A DNA stretch of 64,000 nt from a bacterium (GCA_963675755.2 CAXXMD010000003.1:928001-992000); one strand, 5' to 3'. Positions 37,057-48,140 are shown, counted from the stretch's first letter. Notes: generated from the sequence alone by a model not told the origin. Translations and numbers: made by a program.

Positions 37057-38280
37057 ATGAACAGTTCTATTAAACATATATCGCTTATTTTAACAGTCAT
37101 GACAATCAGCATCCTGCTGATCATCAACTGCGGCGGAGATTCCTCAAACAACCCTACATCACCAGCAGCCGAAATAACCGTTACAATAAGCCCAACCACA
37201 GTAACGCTTGAACCGGGTGGAACACAGCAATTTTCAGTCACCATATCCGGGACCGAAGACACTGCCGTTACCTGGATTGTAGAAAATGATATTGGTACCA
37301 TAACCCAAAATGGATTATACACAGCACCGGTAATGATTTCCGGTCAATCTGTAACCGCTACTGTCAAAGTCATTTCAAATGCAGACGCTACCAAGGAAGG
37401 GACGAGTACCGTTACCATCGCAAAACCTCCGGTTGAATTGTCAACAATCGCTCAAGACGGATACAACGCCCCGCAATATATGAAATCAACAGGTGAAGAA
37501 GCTCTTGCTTTGGGAGCCGAGGCGGTTTGGCAGGCCAGTTTGATCAATGGCGGCCAGACCCTGATCACAACAGGCACATTAACGCAAACCGCTGTCAATA
37601 GCGATAATTTCACCTACTCTGCATCACCCAATGACAAACTGGTGGTAAAATTTGCAAACGGCACAACTGTTAGTTTCCTGGTCACTAAAATGGATGGCGA
37701 TTTTAGCAGCAATAGCGAAAACTTTATACAGCAGCCGCACGAATTTCAAATTACCATGCAGATCAGTGATGGAACGGACATTGAGATCTATTCCTATCAG
37801 AACAACGGTCAAAAACTGGGTTCCTTAAAGGGAGCCGTGGTTTATGAAAACAAAACCTGGCAGGTCGACATTGACTTGCAGGGCAGCTACAGCTTTGATG
37901 TAGGCTCTGGCAGTTCTTATGAAAATGAAGAACAGATATCCGGAACTCTCTCCAGTACTGACTTTTCCATGACCATGAATGAATATTATCATTATCAAAG
38001 CATTTATGTAGACAATTTTGTTGAAAATGTAGAGCGTCGTTCCAACAGTACATGGGTACAAAACAATACCACATACGCGCTCAAGGATGTGGTTATCCGC
38101 AAGGCATTTTTCAACTCTAAACCCTCAGAGCTGGACTCTTATTGGATCGTCCAGGGAAGTCTTTTGGAAAACAATGTGCAGATTGGACAAATCATAGCCG
38201 GTACAGAAACCGGATACCTGAAAATCTGGATGCAGCTTGCCGATGAAAATGTATTGCTTGAACAATATTTGTTGAATTAA
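37057..38280 (+). CDS. Lipoprotein with N-terminal bacterial Ig-like (Big_2) domain
   Basis: INC lipobox; VTISP..VTL..G.TQQF....G.....VTW...G.I..NGLYTAP. Confidence 0.75.
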   Translation: MNSSIKHISLILTVMTISILLIINCGGDSSNNPTSPAAEITVTISPTTVTLEPGGTQQFSVTISGTEDTAVTWIVENDIGTITQNGLYTAPVMISGQSVTATVKVISNADATKEGTSTVTIAKPPVELSTIAQDGYNAPQYMKSTGEEALALGAEAVWQASLINGGQTLITTGTLTQTAVNSDNFTYSASPNDKLVVKFANGTTVSFLVTKMDGDFSSNSENFIQQPHEFQITMQISDGTDIEIYSYQNNGQKLGSLKGAVVYENKTWQVDIDLQGSYSFDVGSGSSYENEEQISGTLSSTDFSMTMNEYYHYQSIYVDNFVENVERRSNSTWVQNNTTYALKDVVIRKAFFNSKPSELDSYWIVQGSLLENNVQIGQIIAGTETGYLKIWMQLADENVLLEQYLLN

Positions 38281-38305
38281 ATCCTAAACTCTTACTGTTT
38301 TATTT

Positions 38306-38339
38306 ACCGTAAGCTGTTCAATACAGCTTGCGGTTTTTT
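38306..38339 (+). terminator. Intrinsic terminator
   Basis: ACCGTAAGCTGT...ACAGCTTGCGGT followed by TTTTT. Confidence 0.75.
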
Positions 38340-38390
38340 ATTGAATAAAAAGTACGAATCTATTATACTATTGCCAACAAGGAGGATACA

Positions 38391-39116
38391 ATGAAACAAC
38401 TATTTATAATACTTTTGGCGGCCACAACCATGATGTTTGCAGCAAACGATTTTGAATCCGATACCTTTTCCACATCTAAAGGGGACTTGAAAATCACATT
38501 CATCGGTCACGGTACGTTGATGATGGAATTTGACGGCAAGGTTATCCATATCGATCCATGGACCCGTCTGGCAGATTACACTACCCTGCCCAAAGCCGAT
38601 ATAATCCTGATTACCCATGAGCATGGAGACCATCTCGACGCCAATGCCATTGATCAGGCCAGCAAAGAAAGCACAAAAATTCTGCTCACGCAAATTTGTT
38701 ATGACAAACTCGGCAAAGGCACGGTTATAAATAATGGTGATACAAAAGAGTTGTTGGGACTAACTATTAATGCAGTACCGGCTTATAATATTGTCAATAT
38801 GCGCGGAGAAGGCAATCCCTATCACCCCAAAGGCAATGGTAACGGATATGTCATCTCCTTTGGTGACAAACGCGTATATGTCGCAGGAGATACGGAAAAC
38901 ATACCTGAAATGACTAACCTGGGCAAAATCGATATTGCATTTGTTCCCATGAATCTGCCCTACACCATGACTCCGGAAATGGCAGCAGACGCGGCCCGCA
39001 AAATCAAACCGGCGGTACTGTATCCCTATCATTTTGGCGAAACCGATACAAACCAATTGCTGGAATTGTTTAAAGACAACCAGAATATAGACATAAGAAT
39101 CAGGAAATTACAATAA
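38391..39116 (+). CDS. Exported MBL-fold metallo-hydrolase
   Basis: IDP, THEHGDHLD, AGDT and YPYH motifs. Confidence 0.88.
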   Translation: MKQLFIILLAATTMMFAANDFESDTFSTSKGDLKITFIGHGTLMMEFDGKVIHIDPWTRLADYTTLPKADIILITHEHGDHLDANAIDQASKESTKILLTQICYDKLGKGTVINNGDTKELLGLTINAVPAYNIVNMRGEGNPYHPKGNGNGYVISFGDKRVYVAGDTENIPEMTNLGKIDIAFVPMNLPYTMTPEMAADAARKIKPAVLYPYHFGETDTNQLLELFKDNQNIDIRIRKLQ

Positions 39117-39255
39117 AGGATATTTTATAAAGCGATTACTATTATTCCTGTAGCTGTATACGTCTATATGTTTCGTCATCCAATCTCAGTAAAATGGAAA
39201 GACGGTAACGTACTCGATCTTTTCTCAGAACAAACACCAAAGGCATAAAAATTAT

Positions 39256-39289
39256 AAAGCCCTTGCGAGATCTCGTAAGGGCTTTTTTT
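39256..39289 (+). terminator. Intrinsic terminator
   Basis: AAAGCCCTTGCGAGA..TCGTAAGGGCTTTTTTT. Confidence 0.8.
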
Positions 39290-39290
39290 A

Positions 39291-39306
39291 CGGCACACAT
39301 CTTGCA
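39291..39306 (+). promoter_or_regulatory. Putative sigma54 (-24/-12) promoter
   Basis: CGGCACACATCTTGCA has GG-N10-GC spacing, upstream of 39427. Confidence 0.5.
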
Positions 39307-39426
39307 TTTAACTGCACACTCCAACATTCCACAATCTGACCGGGATGAAGAGGTGGTGGAAGGGACAACAATCAAAATCAAAGCATAGTGTGTACTGTGT
39401 ATTCATGAATTATGGAGGAATGAACC

Positions 39427-40152
39427 ATGAAAAAAATGAGTACAATCCTAATCATTACCATCCTGGCAGGAATGTGGTTAATGGGTTGTGAAAAATCACC
39501 AATGGGTCCTGATGCATCCAGCCTCTCCCAGAGTGACATTGCAAAAAAACCGGTCAAATTCATCAAAATTAATGATGGTATATTATTATACCCTGCGGGA
39601 CATTCCCTGCAAGATCAACCCTTGAAAACAGGTGTAGATATTTTTGGGTACAACTTTCAGGGCAAAAATTTCAATGGGTTTTTTATTAATGCCTATCTGG
39701 GCGCGGAAGGTTACCCTCCTTACGACGGAAATGACCAGGCCTATCTTGAACAAAATCCAGAGGTTGCGTTGCATTGGGCATGGCCATTCAAAGATGCAAT
39801 CTTGGAAATGCACTGGAACGATAGCTGGTTGTCCAACAAGGATAAAAATCTTGACGGATTTCTTGACAGACATTATAATTACTTTTCTTACCTGGGCTCA
39901 GGAGCACAATTGACCAATCTGATTACCTGGAGTGATGATTGGGGTGACCATTCTTATTATGCTGTAATTCAGGCTGCACCATTAACTGCGGTCAGCAATG
40001 GATTTGAATGGTTCAATGAAGATGGTACTAATTTAGGCAGAGCAATATGGGAATCCTTTATCATTGTTGAAGAAGCGGGTGACCCCTTTATCAGTCCCGC
40101 AGCACCAGGTGTAGGTGTATGGATTGGTTCGCCAGTTAGTATCATTATGTAA
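39427..40152 (+). CDS. Hypothetical lipoprotein
   Basis: LMGC lipobox; GGAGGA RBS; Trp/Asp-rich core with a D.N.DG loop. Confidence 0.75.
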   Translation: MKKMSTILIITILAGMWLMGCEKSPMGPDASSLSQSDIAKKPVKFIKINDGILLYPAGHSLQDQPLKTGVDIFGYNFQGKNFNGFFINAYLGAEGYPPYDGNDQAYLEQNPEVALHWAWPFKDAILEMHWNDSWLSNKDKNLDGFLDRHYNYFSYLGSGAQLTNLITWSDDWGDHSYYAVIQAAPLTAVSNGFEWFNEDGTNLGRAIWESFIIVEEAGDPFISPAAPGVGVWIGSPVSIIM

Positions 40153-40406
40153 GACTGTAGCAGAAATATTTTTACTATATACTTTTCACAACTGGTGGGA
40201 CAATCTTGTCTCATCAGTTTAGTGAATTGGCACATGTCTGCCACATTTCTTCAATCCAATTCTATCTCTTGAAAATCATTATTTAAACCTATGATTCAGT
40301 TTTCACTTTTTGTGACACTATTGCTACACACCCAATTCTCCTTGGATATATCCGTTCAATAGATTATATTGTTACGCTTTTCCGAACAAACAATCAAAGA
40401 GAGAAT

Positions 40407-40958
40407 ATGAACCGAACATTTTTTAGCGTATTGCCCGTATTTATAATCATGTCAATTCCTGCATTTTTAACAGCACAGGTTAACAGCTCAGTTTTAAACC
40501 GATCAAACAATCTTGTTTTTGTGAATCCGGATAACAATCTTTCCTATCTACAATCCGTATCTATTGAAAACACAACGTCCGGTAGCACCGCTCCAACAAA
40601 ACCAGTCAATTCAATTGTAGCAAAACAACTCGTATACAGCCCTCTGGTTGGATTATTATTTGGATTTGCGGGGGCTGCTGCTGGTTACGCAATTGACATG
40701 TCTGGTTCACACGATGACTTTGATGGATTGGTTGGTATCGTCTTTGGCGGAAGTTTGGGATTAATAACCGGAACAAGCTTGGGGGTTTATAAAATCGGTC
40801 AACGTAATGGTCTGGATGGTTCGCTCACTGTGACCTTTTTATCCTCTTTCGTAGGGACTGTCGCTGGTTTAGCCGCAAGTGTTGCTGGTGAGAATGTTAT
40901 TCCACTTTTATTTATTCCACAAGCCTGTGCAACCATAGGTTATCATATTTCTCTCTAA
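40407..40958 (+). CDS. Hypothetical exported/membrane protein with Gly-rich helices
   Basis: Signal peptide followed by GxxxG-rich hydrophobic segments. Confidence 0.7.
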   Translation: MNRTFFSVLPVFIIMSIPAFLTAQVNSSVLNRSNNLVFVNPDNNLSYLQSVSIENTTSGSTAPTKPVNSIVAKQLVYSPLVGLLFGFAGAAAGYAIDMSGSHDDFDGLVGIVFGGSLGLITGTSLGVYKIGQRNGLDGSLTVTFLSSFVGTVAGLAASVAGENVIPLLFIPQACATIGYHISL

Positions 40959-41083
40959 CCTGATAACACTAAAAAACAGCTCCATTTAACAATGAGTATA
41001 AACAGAATAACTATTTTTCTGTTTCATCCAATGGATTTAATTACTATCTTTTTTTATAAAATTGAATCAAAATGGAGTACACA

Positions 41084-41764
41084 ATGAACAAGATCAAACT
41101 CTTTACTGTTTTAATCGTTATATTTCTGGCACTTTACTCTTTTGCGCTTACTCCCGTTGAAAATCCGGATCCCCACCGGTTTGATGATGCCATACAAACC
41201 TTTATCAAATTCGATCAAAAAAACGCATTCCCCGAGAATCCCATCCTGTTCGCGGGCAGCTCCAGTATCCGCATGTGGATGAGTCACGATGCCTTTCCAG
41301 ACTTGCCCATCATAAATCGTGGATTTGGCGGCGCGCATATCTCTGATGTCAATTTTTTCATCAACGATGTTGTAATGAAATACAGTCCTAAAATCATTGT
41401 GTTTTATTGCGGAGACAATGACATCGCCGGTAAAAAGCCACCGGAACAGGTAGTTAATGATTACAAAACCTTGGTGGAAACCGTACACAAACAGTTCCCC
41501 AAAACAAAATTTGTATATGTCCCCATAAAACCCAGCATTAAACGATGGGACATGTGGCCAACAATGGAAACCACCAACAACATGATCAAAGAATATTCTG
41601 AAACATCCAAAACTTTATTTTATGTAGATATTGCTACCCCTATGTTTGGCAAAGACGGCAAACCCATGCAGGACCTGTTTCTGGATGACGGATTGCACCT
41701 GAATGAAAAGGGATATGAGCTTTGGAACAGCATTGTGGGACCCTTGCTGAAAAAAATAGATTAA
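41084..41764 (+). CDS. SGNH/GDSL esterase
   Basis: GSSSIR, NRGFGG, G.ND and DGLH motifs; signal peptide. Confidence 0.9.
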   Translation: MNKIKLFTVLIVIFLALYSFALTPVENPDPHRFDDAIQTFIKFDQKNAFPENPILFAGSSSIRMWMSHDAFPDLPIINRGFGGAHISDVNFFINDVVMKYSPKIIVFYCGDNDIAGKKPPEQVVNDYKTLVETVHKQFPKTKFVYVPIKPSIKRWDMWPTMETTNNMIKEYSETSKTLFYVDIATPMFGKDGKPMQDLFLDDGLHLNEKGYELWNSIVGPLLKKID

Positions 41765-41777
41765 CACGGAGCCAGAT

Positions 41778-43028
41778 ATGAAAAGACGCCGGTTCATCCA
41801 AACTACAGCCATGGCTGCATTGTCGGGAGGAGTTATGCGTTGTACATCACCTGAAACTGAAACAGGACTCAGGTATGCCATATCTACACTCACCTCGGGT
41901 CCGCAGAACCATTTTTTCGGGTATTATGGCATCTGTCCCTGGAACGGCAAAGAGACAAAAATACTGTCATTACAGAGTCCTTTTCAGGACCATATGCCCG
42001 AGCCAAACGAACCGGCAGTGATTGGACTGGTGGATGCCAAGACCGGTGGGTTTTCACCCATAACCCAAACCCGCGCCTGGAACTTTCAACAGGGCGCCAT
42101 GCTGCACTGGCATCCCGCACATCTCAATTCAAAAATCCTCTTCAACGACCGTGAAAAGGATGAACTGGTCTCTGTGATTTATGATCTAAAAACATCCAAT
42201 CGTCGTGTATTACCCCGCCCCGTTAACGCAATGGGGCATCAGGGCAAACACGCCCTTTGCCTCACTTATGGACGTATGGGTCGTTTGCGTAAAGTTGTGG
42301 GTTACGCGGGCACAGTAGATCCAAATCCTAACGATCCGCACCCGGACAATGACGGTGTTTTTCTGATGGACCTTGAAACCGGTGAAACCAGACTGATTGT
42401 TTCCATCAAACAGGTGTACGAGATGCTGGTGCCTAAACATCCAGAGCTGAAAGAAAAACACATGTGGTTCAATCATGTGGTTTTTAATCCCTCCGACACC
42501 CGCTTCTTTTTTCTGGCGCGCATCCGACAAGACAATGGCAGGCTTGAGACCGGTATGTTTGCTGCGGATACGGATGGCGGAAACCTCACCGAGGTAGTGC
42601 CTTATGGCTCTAGCGTTTCCCATTTTGACTGGCGTAGTGATACCGAAATTGTAGCTACGTTTATTCACAATACCCCGGGAAGGGCACATTTTCTTTTAAC
42701 AGACGGAGATAACCATTTTGAGCATCTAGGTGGTGGTATGCTGGACTTTGACGGGCACTGCTCCTTTGGTCCCGATAAAAACTGGATGGTAACAGACCGC
42801 AATCTGGATGAAACTCTGGAAAAGTCTATAATTCTCTACAATCTCGCAACCCGTGAATACATTGAAATGGGCCGCATTAACATGCGTGATCGTCGTTTTT
42901 TCAGAGGAGACCTGCGCTGTGATCTGCATCCCCGTTGGAACCGCAGCGGCAACCAGATCTGCTTTGACGGTATTGCCAACGACGGTACCCGTCAACTGCA
43001 TCTTGTGAATTTAAATTTGGTGGCGTAA
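41778..43028 (+). CDS. Tat-exported beta-propeller protein (oligogalacturonate-lyase/TolB-like)
   Basis: KRRRFIQ leader; FFGYY, WN.QQG, NH..F.P and RCDLHPRW motifs. Confidence 0.7.
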   Translation: MKRRRFIQTTAMAALSGGVMRCTSPETETGLRYAISTLTSGPQNHFFGYYGICPWNGKETKILSLQSPFQDHMPEPNEPAVIGLVDAKTGGFSPITQTRAWNFQQGAMLHWHPAHLNSKILFNDREKDELVSVIYDLKTSNRRVLPRPVNAMGHQGKHALCLTYGRMGRLRKVVGYAGTVDPNPNDPHPDNDGVFLMDLETGETRLIVSIKQVYEMLVPKHPELKEKHMWFNHVVFNPSDTRFFFLARIRQDNGRLETGMFAADTDGGNLTEVVPYGSSVSHFDWRSDTEIVATFIHNTPGRAHFLLTDGDNHFEHLGGGMLDFDGHCSFGPDKNWMVTDRNLDETLEKSIILYNLATREYIEMGRINMRDRRFFRGDLRCDLHPRWNRSGNQICFDGIANDGTRQLHLVNLNLVA

Positions 43029-43040
43029 AGCAAAAAATTA

Positions 43041-43344
43041 ACCGCTCGCTTTGCTCGATGAACACAGATAAACGCGGATAAATAAACACATTCCGGTCCT
43101 TTGATACATTTGCCCGGTACCATCAAGGTGCCGGGCAAATCACTATCTTTCATTCTTGATACAAGGCTCTGCCTTGTAACCCATGTCAACAAAAATCCCT
43201 TGATAACTAACTGGTTATGTGACAAACGTCCCAATCCAATATCCTGTGATACTCAAATATGTATCAAGATCAAAAATTCACATTCCGGTTCCTGAGTTCA
43301 AAGGATTGTACCGAGGTGCAATCCTTTGAGTATCGAAGGACTGG
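43041..43344. repeat. Composite intergenic repeat cluster
   Basis: Modules shared with 52059..52265, plus two inverted family-A elements (43093-43146 and 43285-43344). Confidence 0.75.
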
Positions 43345-43387
43345 ATATTCACTATCTTAACCCCATCCATCTTGATTCAGACAAAAA

Positions 43388-44155
43388 TCACTCATACCAT
43401 TCGTCAAACTTGCATGCATCCAGTTCGATAAAATATTCAGCGATCTTGGGCAGCAGGTCGTTCAGGTAGCGCTGGCCTTTTTCAAGCGTGGCTTTTTTCG
43501 GATTGCCGATACCCGTGTCCTCGGTTACCTCTGACCACTCCCGTTGTGCCCAGGCCCAGCCCTCTTGCATTGCTTTGAACTTGAACTGTTTGGCATTGCC
43601 GTCTCCGGCTTCTTCCAATGGCAAAATCAGATCCGGCGCCATCTCCATCATGATGCTGGTCTCCAGTTCTGAACCGTGATCTCCGGTATCTTCAAAGTAT
43701 TCGGATTCATCCAGTATCTTGTACCAGCTCAACATGGTAATAAACATTTCGGGTAGACGCGGCTGCAGTTCACGTAGCATCTGCTTAAAATCATTGCCGC
43801 CATGACTATTCACAATCACCACCTTGGGGATCTGCTGGTTCGCCAGTGATACGAGGATATCATAAAGTACGGCCATCTGTGTAGAGGGATTCATATTGAT
43901 GTCAAAGGGGATATCAAGTTGACCGGTATTCACCCCAAAGGGCACAGCCGGAAGCACCATCACTTTGGCACCCGCATCCCAGGCGATGCGTGCGGCCTCG
44001 GCGCAAATGTACTCGCTTTCAATCACATCGGTACCATAGGGTAAATGGAGATTGTGCGCTTCGGTGGCGCCCCACGGTAAAATAGCAACATTGTAATCCG
44101 TTGCTTTCACAGTCTTGTACTGCACTTCTTTGAGTATATATGGACGCGATTTCAA
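43388..44155 (-). CDS. Creatininase/creatinine amidohydrolase family protein
   Basis: LP.GATEAH..HLP.GTD, N.HGGN and H....ETS motifs. Confidence 0.9.
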   Translation of the reverse strand: MKSRPYILKEVQYKTVKATDYNVAILPWGATEAHNLHLPYGTDVIESEYICAEAARIAWDAGAKVMVLPAVPFGVNTGQLDIPFDINMNPSTQMAVLYDILVSLANQQIPKVVIVNSHGGNDFKQMLRELQPRLPEMFITMLSWYKILDESEYFEDTGDHGSELETSIMMEMAPDLILPLEEAGDGNAKQFKFKAMQEGWAWAQREWSEVTEDTGIGNPKKATLEKGQRYLNDLLPKIAEYFIELDACKFDEWYE

Positions 44156-44250
44156 ATCAGGCTCCTTTTTTTCACTATTTCATTGCATTTTAGATTGTGA
44201 AACAATATGTTAATATATCCAATTCGATATTATAATATAAGGATTTTACC

Positions 44251-45702
44251 ATGCCAAATGCAATCACTTCCCGCAGATCGTTTCTCAAATCCCTAAGTGC
44301 CGGATGTATTGGTGCGTCTCTGTTATCCATGCACTGTACAACAAAATCATCCAAACTCCCAAATTTTATCATTATTTTTTGTGACGATCTGGGTTACGGG
44401 GACGTGGGCTGCTTTGGCTCAAAACTGCATCGCACCCCCAATCTCGATGCCATGGCACAGGCCGGCACCAAATTCACCAGTTTTTATGTCTCCAGCGGTG
44501 TGTGTTCACCCTCCCGCTCCAGTCTAATGACCGGCTGCTATTCACAAAGAGTGGACATGAATATGAACGCCGAACCAGTGGGGAAAAATAAAATGCGCCA
44601 GGTTCTTTTCCCGGTTGCGAAAAAGGGACTGAATCCCAACGAGATCACCATCGCCGAGCTGCTTAAACCCAAGGGATACGCTACTGCATGCATCGGCAAG
44701 TGGCACTTGGGAGACCAGCCCGAGTTCCTGCCCACAAAACAGGGATTCGATCTCTATTATGGCATCCCCTACAGCAATGACATGGGTGCTAAACAGTTTA
44801 ATATCAATCCGCCACTCCCCCTCATGCTGAATGAAAAGGTTATAGAGGCACCGGTGGACCAAAACACCATCACCAAACGTTATACGGAAAAGGCCATAGA
44901 ATTCATTACCGAAAATAAAGATAACCCCTTTTTCCTGTACTTTCCGCACGCCATGCCGCATAATCCCGTACATGCCAGTAAAGCCTTTCAGGGAAAATCC
45001 GCCAACAATGGATACGGTGATGCCGTTGAAGAAATTGACTGGTCAACCGGCCAGATCCTAAACACTTTGAAAGAATTTGGGCTGGATGAAAACACCCTGG
45101 TAATCTTTACTTCAGACAATGGTGCGTCTCCCAGTTATGGCGGTAACAATCTACCGCTAAAAGGCTGGAAAGGCAGTACCCTGGAGGGAGGCATGCGCGT
45201 TCCCTGTATTATGAAATGGACCGGTAAAATCCCACAAAACCACGAGTGCAATGAATTGACCTCCACCATGGACCTGTTACCGACTTTATGTACATTAGCC
45301 GGAACCACACCACCGCAGGACAGGATCATTGATGGTAAAGACATCCATCCCCTTATCTTTGGCAATCCGGGAGCAAGAACTCCGCATCAGGTCTTTTATT
45401 ATTATCAAAAGGATCAACTTCAGGCCCTGCGTTCCGGTCCCTGGAAACTGCACCTGCCCCTTGAAAACAAATACAAAGCAGTGCACCTTCTTGATACCGT
45501 CCCGTCGGAACTGGAACTTTATAATCTGGAAGAGGACATTGCCGAAAGCAATAATATTGCGGATCAGCACCCCGATGTTGTTGAAATACTATTAGACATT
45601 GCTGAAAGAGCCAGACGCGAATTGGGCGACAAGGACCGACCCGGCGAACAGGTCCGCCCCGCCGGCATTGTGGTCAGCCCCAAACCCATTGTAATGGATT
45701 GA
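44251..45702 (+). CDS. Cys-type arylsulfatase-like sulfatase with Tat leader
   Basis: SRRSFLK leader; DDLGYGD, CSPSR, GKWHLG and SDNG motifs. Confidence 0.93.
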   Translation: MPNAITSRRSFLKSLSAGCIGASLLSMHCTTKSSKLPNFIIIFCDDLGYGDVGCFGSKLHRTPNLDAMAQAGTKFTSFYVSSGVCSPSRSSLMTGCYSQRVDMNMNAEPVGKNKMRQVLFPVAKKGLNPNEITIAELLKPKGYATACIGKWHLGDQPEFLPTKQGFDLYYGIPYSNDMGAKQFNINPPLPLMLNEKVIEAPVDQNTITKRYTEKAIEFITENKDNPFFLYFPHAMPHNPVHASKAFQGKSANNGYGDAVEEIDWSTGQILNTLKEFGLDENTLVIFTSDNGASPSYGGNNLPLKGWKGSTLEGGMRVPCIMKWTGKIPQNHECNELTSTMDLLPTLCTLAGTTPPQDRIIDGKDIHPLIFGNPGARTPHQVFYYYQKDQLQALRSGPWKLHLPLENKYKAVHLLDTVPSELELYNLEEDIAESNNIADQHPDVVEILLDIAERARRELGDKDRPGEQVRPAGIVVSPKPIVMD

Positions 45703-45727
45703 TAAATTATTTTATCGAAAATGTATT

Positions 45728-45753
45728 GTAAGGGCGGACCTGTGTGTCCGCCC
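45728..45753 (+). repeat. GTAG-type REP-like hairpin (single copy in the window)
   Basis: GTAAGGGCGGAC-CTGTGT-GTCCGCCC resembles GTAGGGGC-type REPs. Confidence 0.5.
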
Positions 45754-45778
45754 ATTATTCTAAAAAAAGAGACCGATT

Positions 45779-46411
45779 ATGAAAAATAAACACTTCTCAA
45801 AAAAATCCTTTCTGTACATTCATCCAATTCTCTTATTTTTTTTACTATTCGCTTGTCAAAACTCGCCAAAAGAAGAACCTATTTCAAAAAATGACCACTC
45901 TCTTGAAAAGATACTATCATCTGATACTGTTATTGCAGAGCAAACAAATCTCGTTGAAAACAAAATCCCTAAAGAGGTCACTACTTTTATCCAAGAGCAA
46001 ATGAAGGAATTTAGAATCCCTGATTTGGATGATTATATTCCAGACTGGCAACAAATCACCTTAATTCAAACATCAACACCATTTCTTGAAAAAAGTGACT
46101 TTAATGGAGACGGAATAGTTGACTATATCATATTATTACTCAACAATCAAAACGAACTGGTTCTTTTTGCGTTACATACAAAACCTGAATCCCCCGGTAC
46201 TAACTTTGATCAAATTTTGATAGCCAATTATGGAAAACTCTCCGGCAAAATACAATCCGTTCTTGAAATAGAAGAAAAAGGAGTTTGGGAAACACCATTT
46301 GAAACAATAAAAATTGATAATGATGGAATAGCGGTTAATCTTATTGACGATAGTTTTACCATGCTTTATTATTGGAATGGAGATAAATATATTAGAGTAT
46401 TTATTGACTAA
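45779..46411 (+). CDS. AT-rich hypothetical lipoprotein
   Basis: FAC lipobox; DFNGDG..DY Ca-loop; YYW.G.KY C-terminus. Confidence 0.7.
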   Translation: MKNKHFSKKSFLYIHPILLFFLLFACQNSPKEEPISKNDHSLEKILSSDTVIAEQTNLVENKIPKEVTTFIQEQMKEFRIPDLDDYIPDWQQITLIQTSTPFLEKSDFNGDGIVDYIILLLNNQNELVLFALHTKPESPGTNFDQILIANYGKLSGKIQSVLEIEEKGVWETPFETIKIDNDGIAVNLIDDSFTMLYYWNGDKYIRVFID

Positions 46412-46523
46412 CAAATAAAAAGCAAAGAGAATAGTTCATTACAAATAAATTCCTTGTCCACAGAATAATATTGATATAGAACAAAATTGACGTCCTTTGT
46501 CCGCTGCAGGCGGCCCAGATGAC

Positions 46524-46577
46524 GCCGGTGCTTCGATACACTCGTCCGAAAAAATGGACTCGCACTCAGCAACCGGC
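46524..46577. repeat. REP-like element family A
   Basis: GCCGGTGCTTCGATACACTCGTCCG...GGACTCGCACTCAGCAACCGGC. Confidence 0.8.
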
Positions 46578-46679
46578 TTGTAATTATTATCAATTTAATA
46601 TATAGTCAATAACAATTAATCCACTTAATTAGTATAAAACATTGAATTACCAGTCATATGTATTTGAAGGAGGAATAAA

Positions 46680-48119
46680 ATGATTGGATATATTTTCCAC
46701 AAAAGAACACTCTTTTTATTTATCACTTTATTAGCATTTTGCACCCTTGCAACCGCCTCAGAAAAACCGCGGGTGTTTGTGCTAACCGATATTGAAAACG
46801 AACCCGATGATGCCATGTCCATGGTGCGGTTTCTCACATATGCCAACCATTTCGACATTGAAGGATTGATTGCCACCACATCCATTCACCAGCAGAATCG
46901 TACCGCACCGCAACGCATCCGCAGGATTGTTGAGGCATACGGCAAGGTCCGTGACAACCTGGAACTGCACGAGCCCGGTTACCCCACGGGTGAACAGCTC
47001 TTGTCCGTGGTTAGCGAAGGATTACCGGAATATGGCATTGACGCTGTGGGTAAAGGCAAAGACTCGCCCGGTTCCGAAATGCTGATCAAAGCCGTGGACC
47101 GTGACGATCCGCGTCCCCTCTGGGTGACAGTCTGGGGCGGACCCAATGTGCTGGCCCAGGCATTATGGAAAGTGCGGGAAACCCGCTCCGCAAAAGAACT
47201 GGAAAAATTTGTTGCCAAATTAAGAGTATATACCATATCCGATCAGGACAATAGCGGTCCCTGGCTGCGCAAAGAGTTCCCCAACCTGTTTTACATTGCA
47301 AGCCCCGGGTTCAACGCCGGCGGCGCGTACCATCACGCAACCTGGAGCGGTATCAGCGGCGATTATTTTCACGGTCGTTTCACAGGTGCAGACTTTATGC
47401 TGGTGACCAACGAATGGCTGGACCGCAACATCCGGCGTAAAGGCCCCCTGGGCGCCGAGTATCCTTTATGGGAGTTCCTGATGGAAGGCGATACGCCGTC
47501 ATTTCTCAATCTTGTCAACAATGGCCTGAGCAATCCCGAACATCCCAATTGGGGCGGCTGGGGCGGTCGCTACGAGCTCTATACCCCGCGCATGCAAAAA
47601 TGGTTTCTTTATCCCGAAACGCGTCCCTTTTGGACTGACGCGGATGACGAAGTATTGGGCATTGACAACCGCTGGCACACCGACAATCACGCCACCATCT
47701 GGCGCTGGCGTGAAGCGTATCAGAACGATTTTTCGGCAAGAATGGACTGGACCATCAAGCCTTATGCTGAGGCCAATCATCCCCCAATCGTAAAACTGGA
47801 CCATCCCGCGCAAATAACCGCCCAAAAGGGTGATGTCATTAAACTCGCTGCCACAAACTGCAGCGACCCTGATGGCGACGCGCTGTCGTACAACTGGTTT
47901 TACTATAACGAAGCGGGTACCTTTCCGGCATCCAGCGCGCGTACAGGACAGCCGGTAGCAATTCAAAATTTTGACCAGCCGCAGGCCTGGTTTACCGTGC
48001 CCTCAAGCAGGGTCATGCCGCCGGGCACAGGCACCATGCATATCATCCTGGCTGTCACCGACCATGGCACCCCAAGGTTAACGCGCTATCAGCGGGTGAT
48101 AGTTGATGTAAAGGAATAA
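46680..48119 (+). CDS. DUF1593 nucleoside-hydrolase-like protein with C-terminal Ig-like domain
   Basis: [43 protein letters not shown] and DPDGD motifs. Confidence 0.88.
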   Translation: MIGYIFHKRTLFLFITLLAFCTLATASEKPRVFVLTDIENEPDDAMSMVRFLTYANHFDIEGLIATTSIHQQNRTAPQRIRRIVEAYGKVRDNLELHEPGYPTGEQLLSVVSEGLPEYGIDAVGKGKDSPGSEMLIKAVDRDDPRPLWVTVWGGPNVLAQALWKVRETRSAKELEKFVAKLRVYTISDQDNSGPWLRKEFPNLFYIASPGFNAGGAYHHATWSGISGDYFHGRFTGADFMLVTNEWLDRNIRRKGPLGAEYPLWEFLMEGDTPSFLNLVNNGLSNPEHPNWGGWGGRYELYTPRMQKWFLYPETRPFWTDADDEVLGIDNRWHTDNHATIWRWREAYQNDFSARMDWTIKPYAEANHPPIVKLDHPAQITAQKGDVIKLAATNCSDPDGDALSYNWFYYNEAGTFPASSARTGQPVAIQNFDQPQAWFTVPSSRVMPPGTGTMHIILAVTDHGTPRLTRYQRVIVDVKE

Positions 48120-48140
48120 AAATTATTTCAACTTTTGCAA

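Noticed and set aside
40227-40243. Second sigma54 promoter (TGGCACATGTCTGC)
   Set aside because: GG-to-GC spacing is 9 nt, not the required 10.
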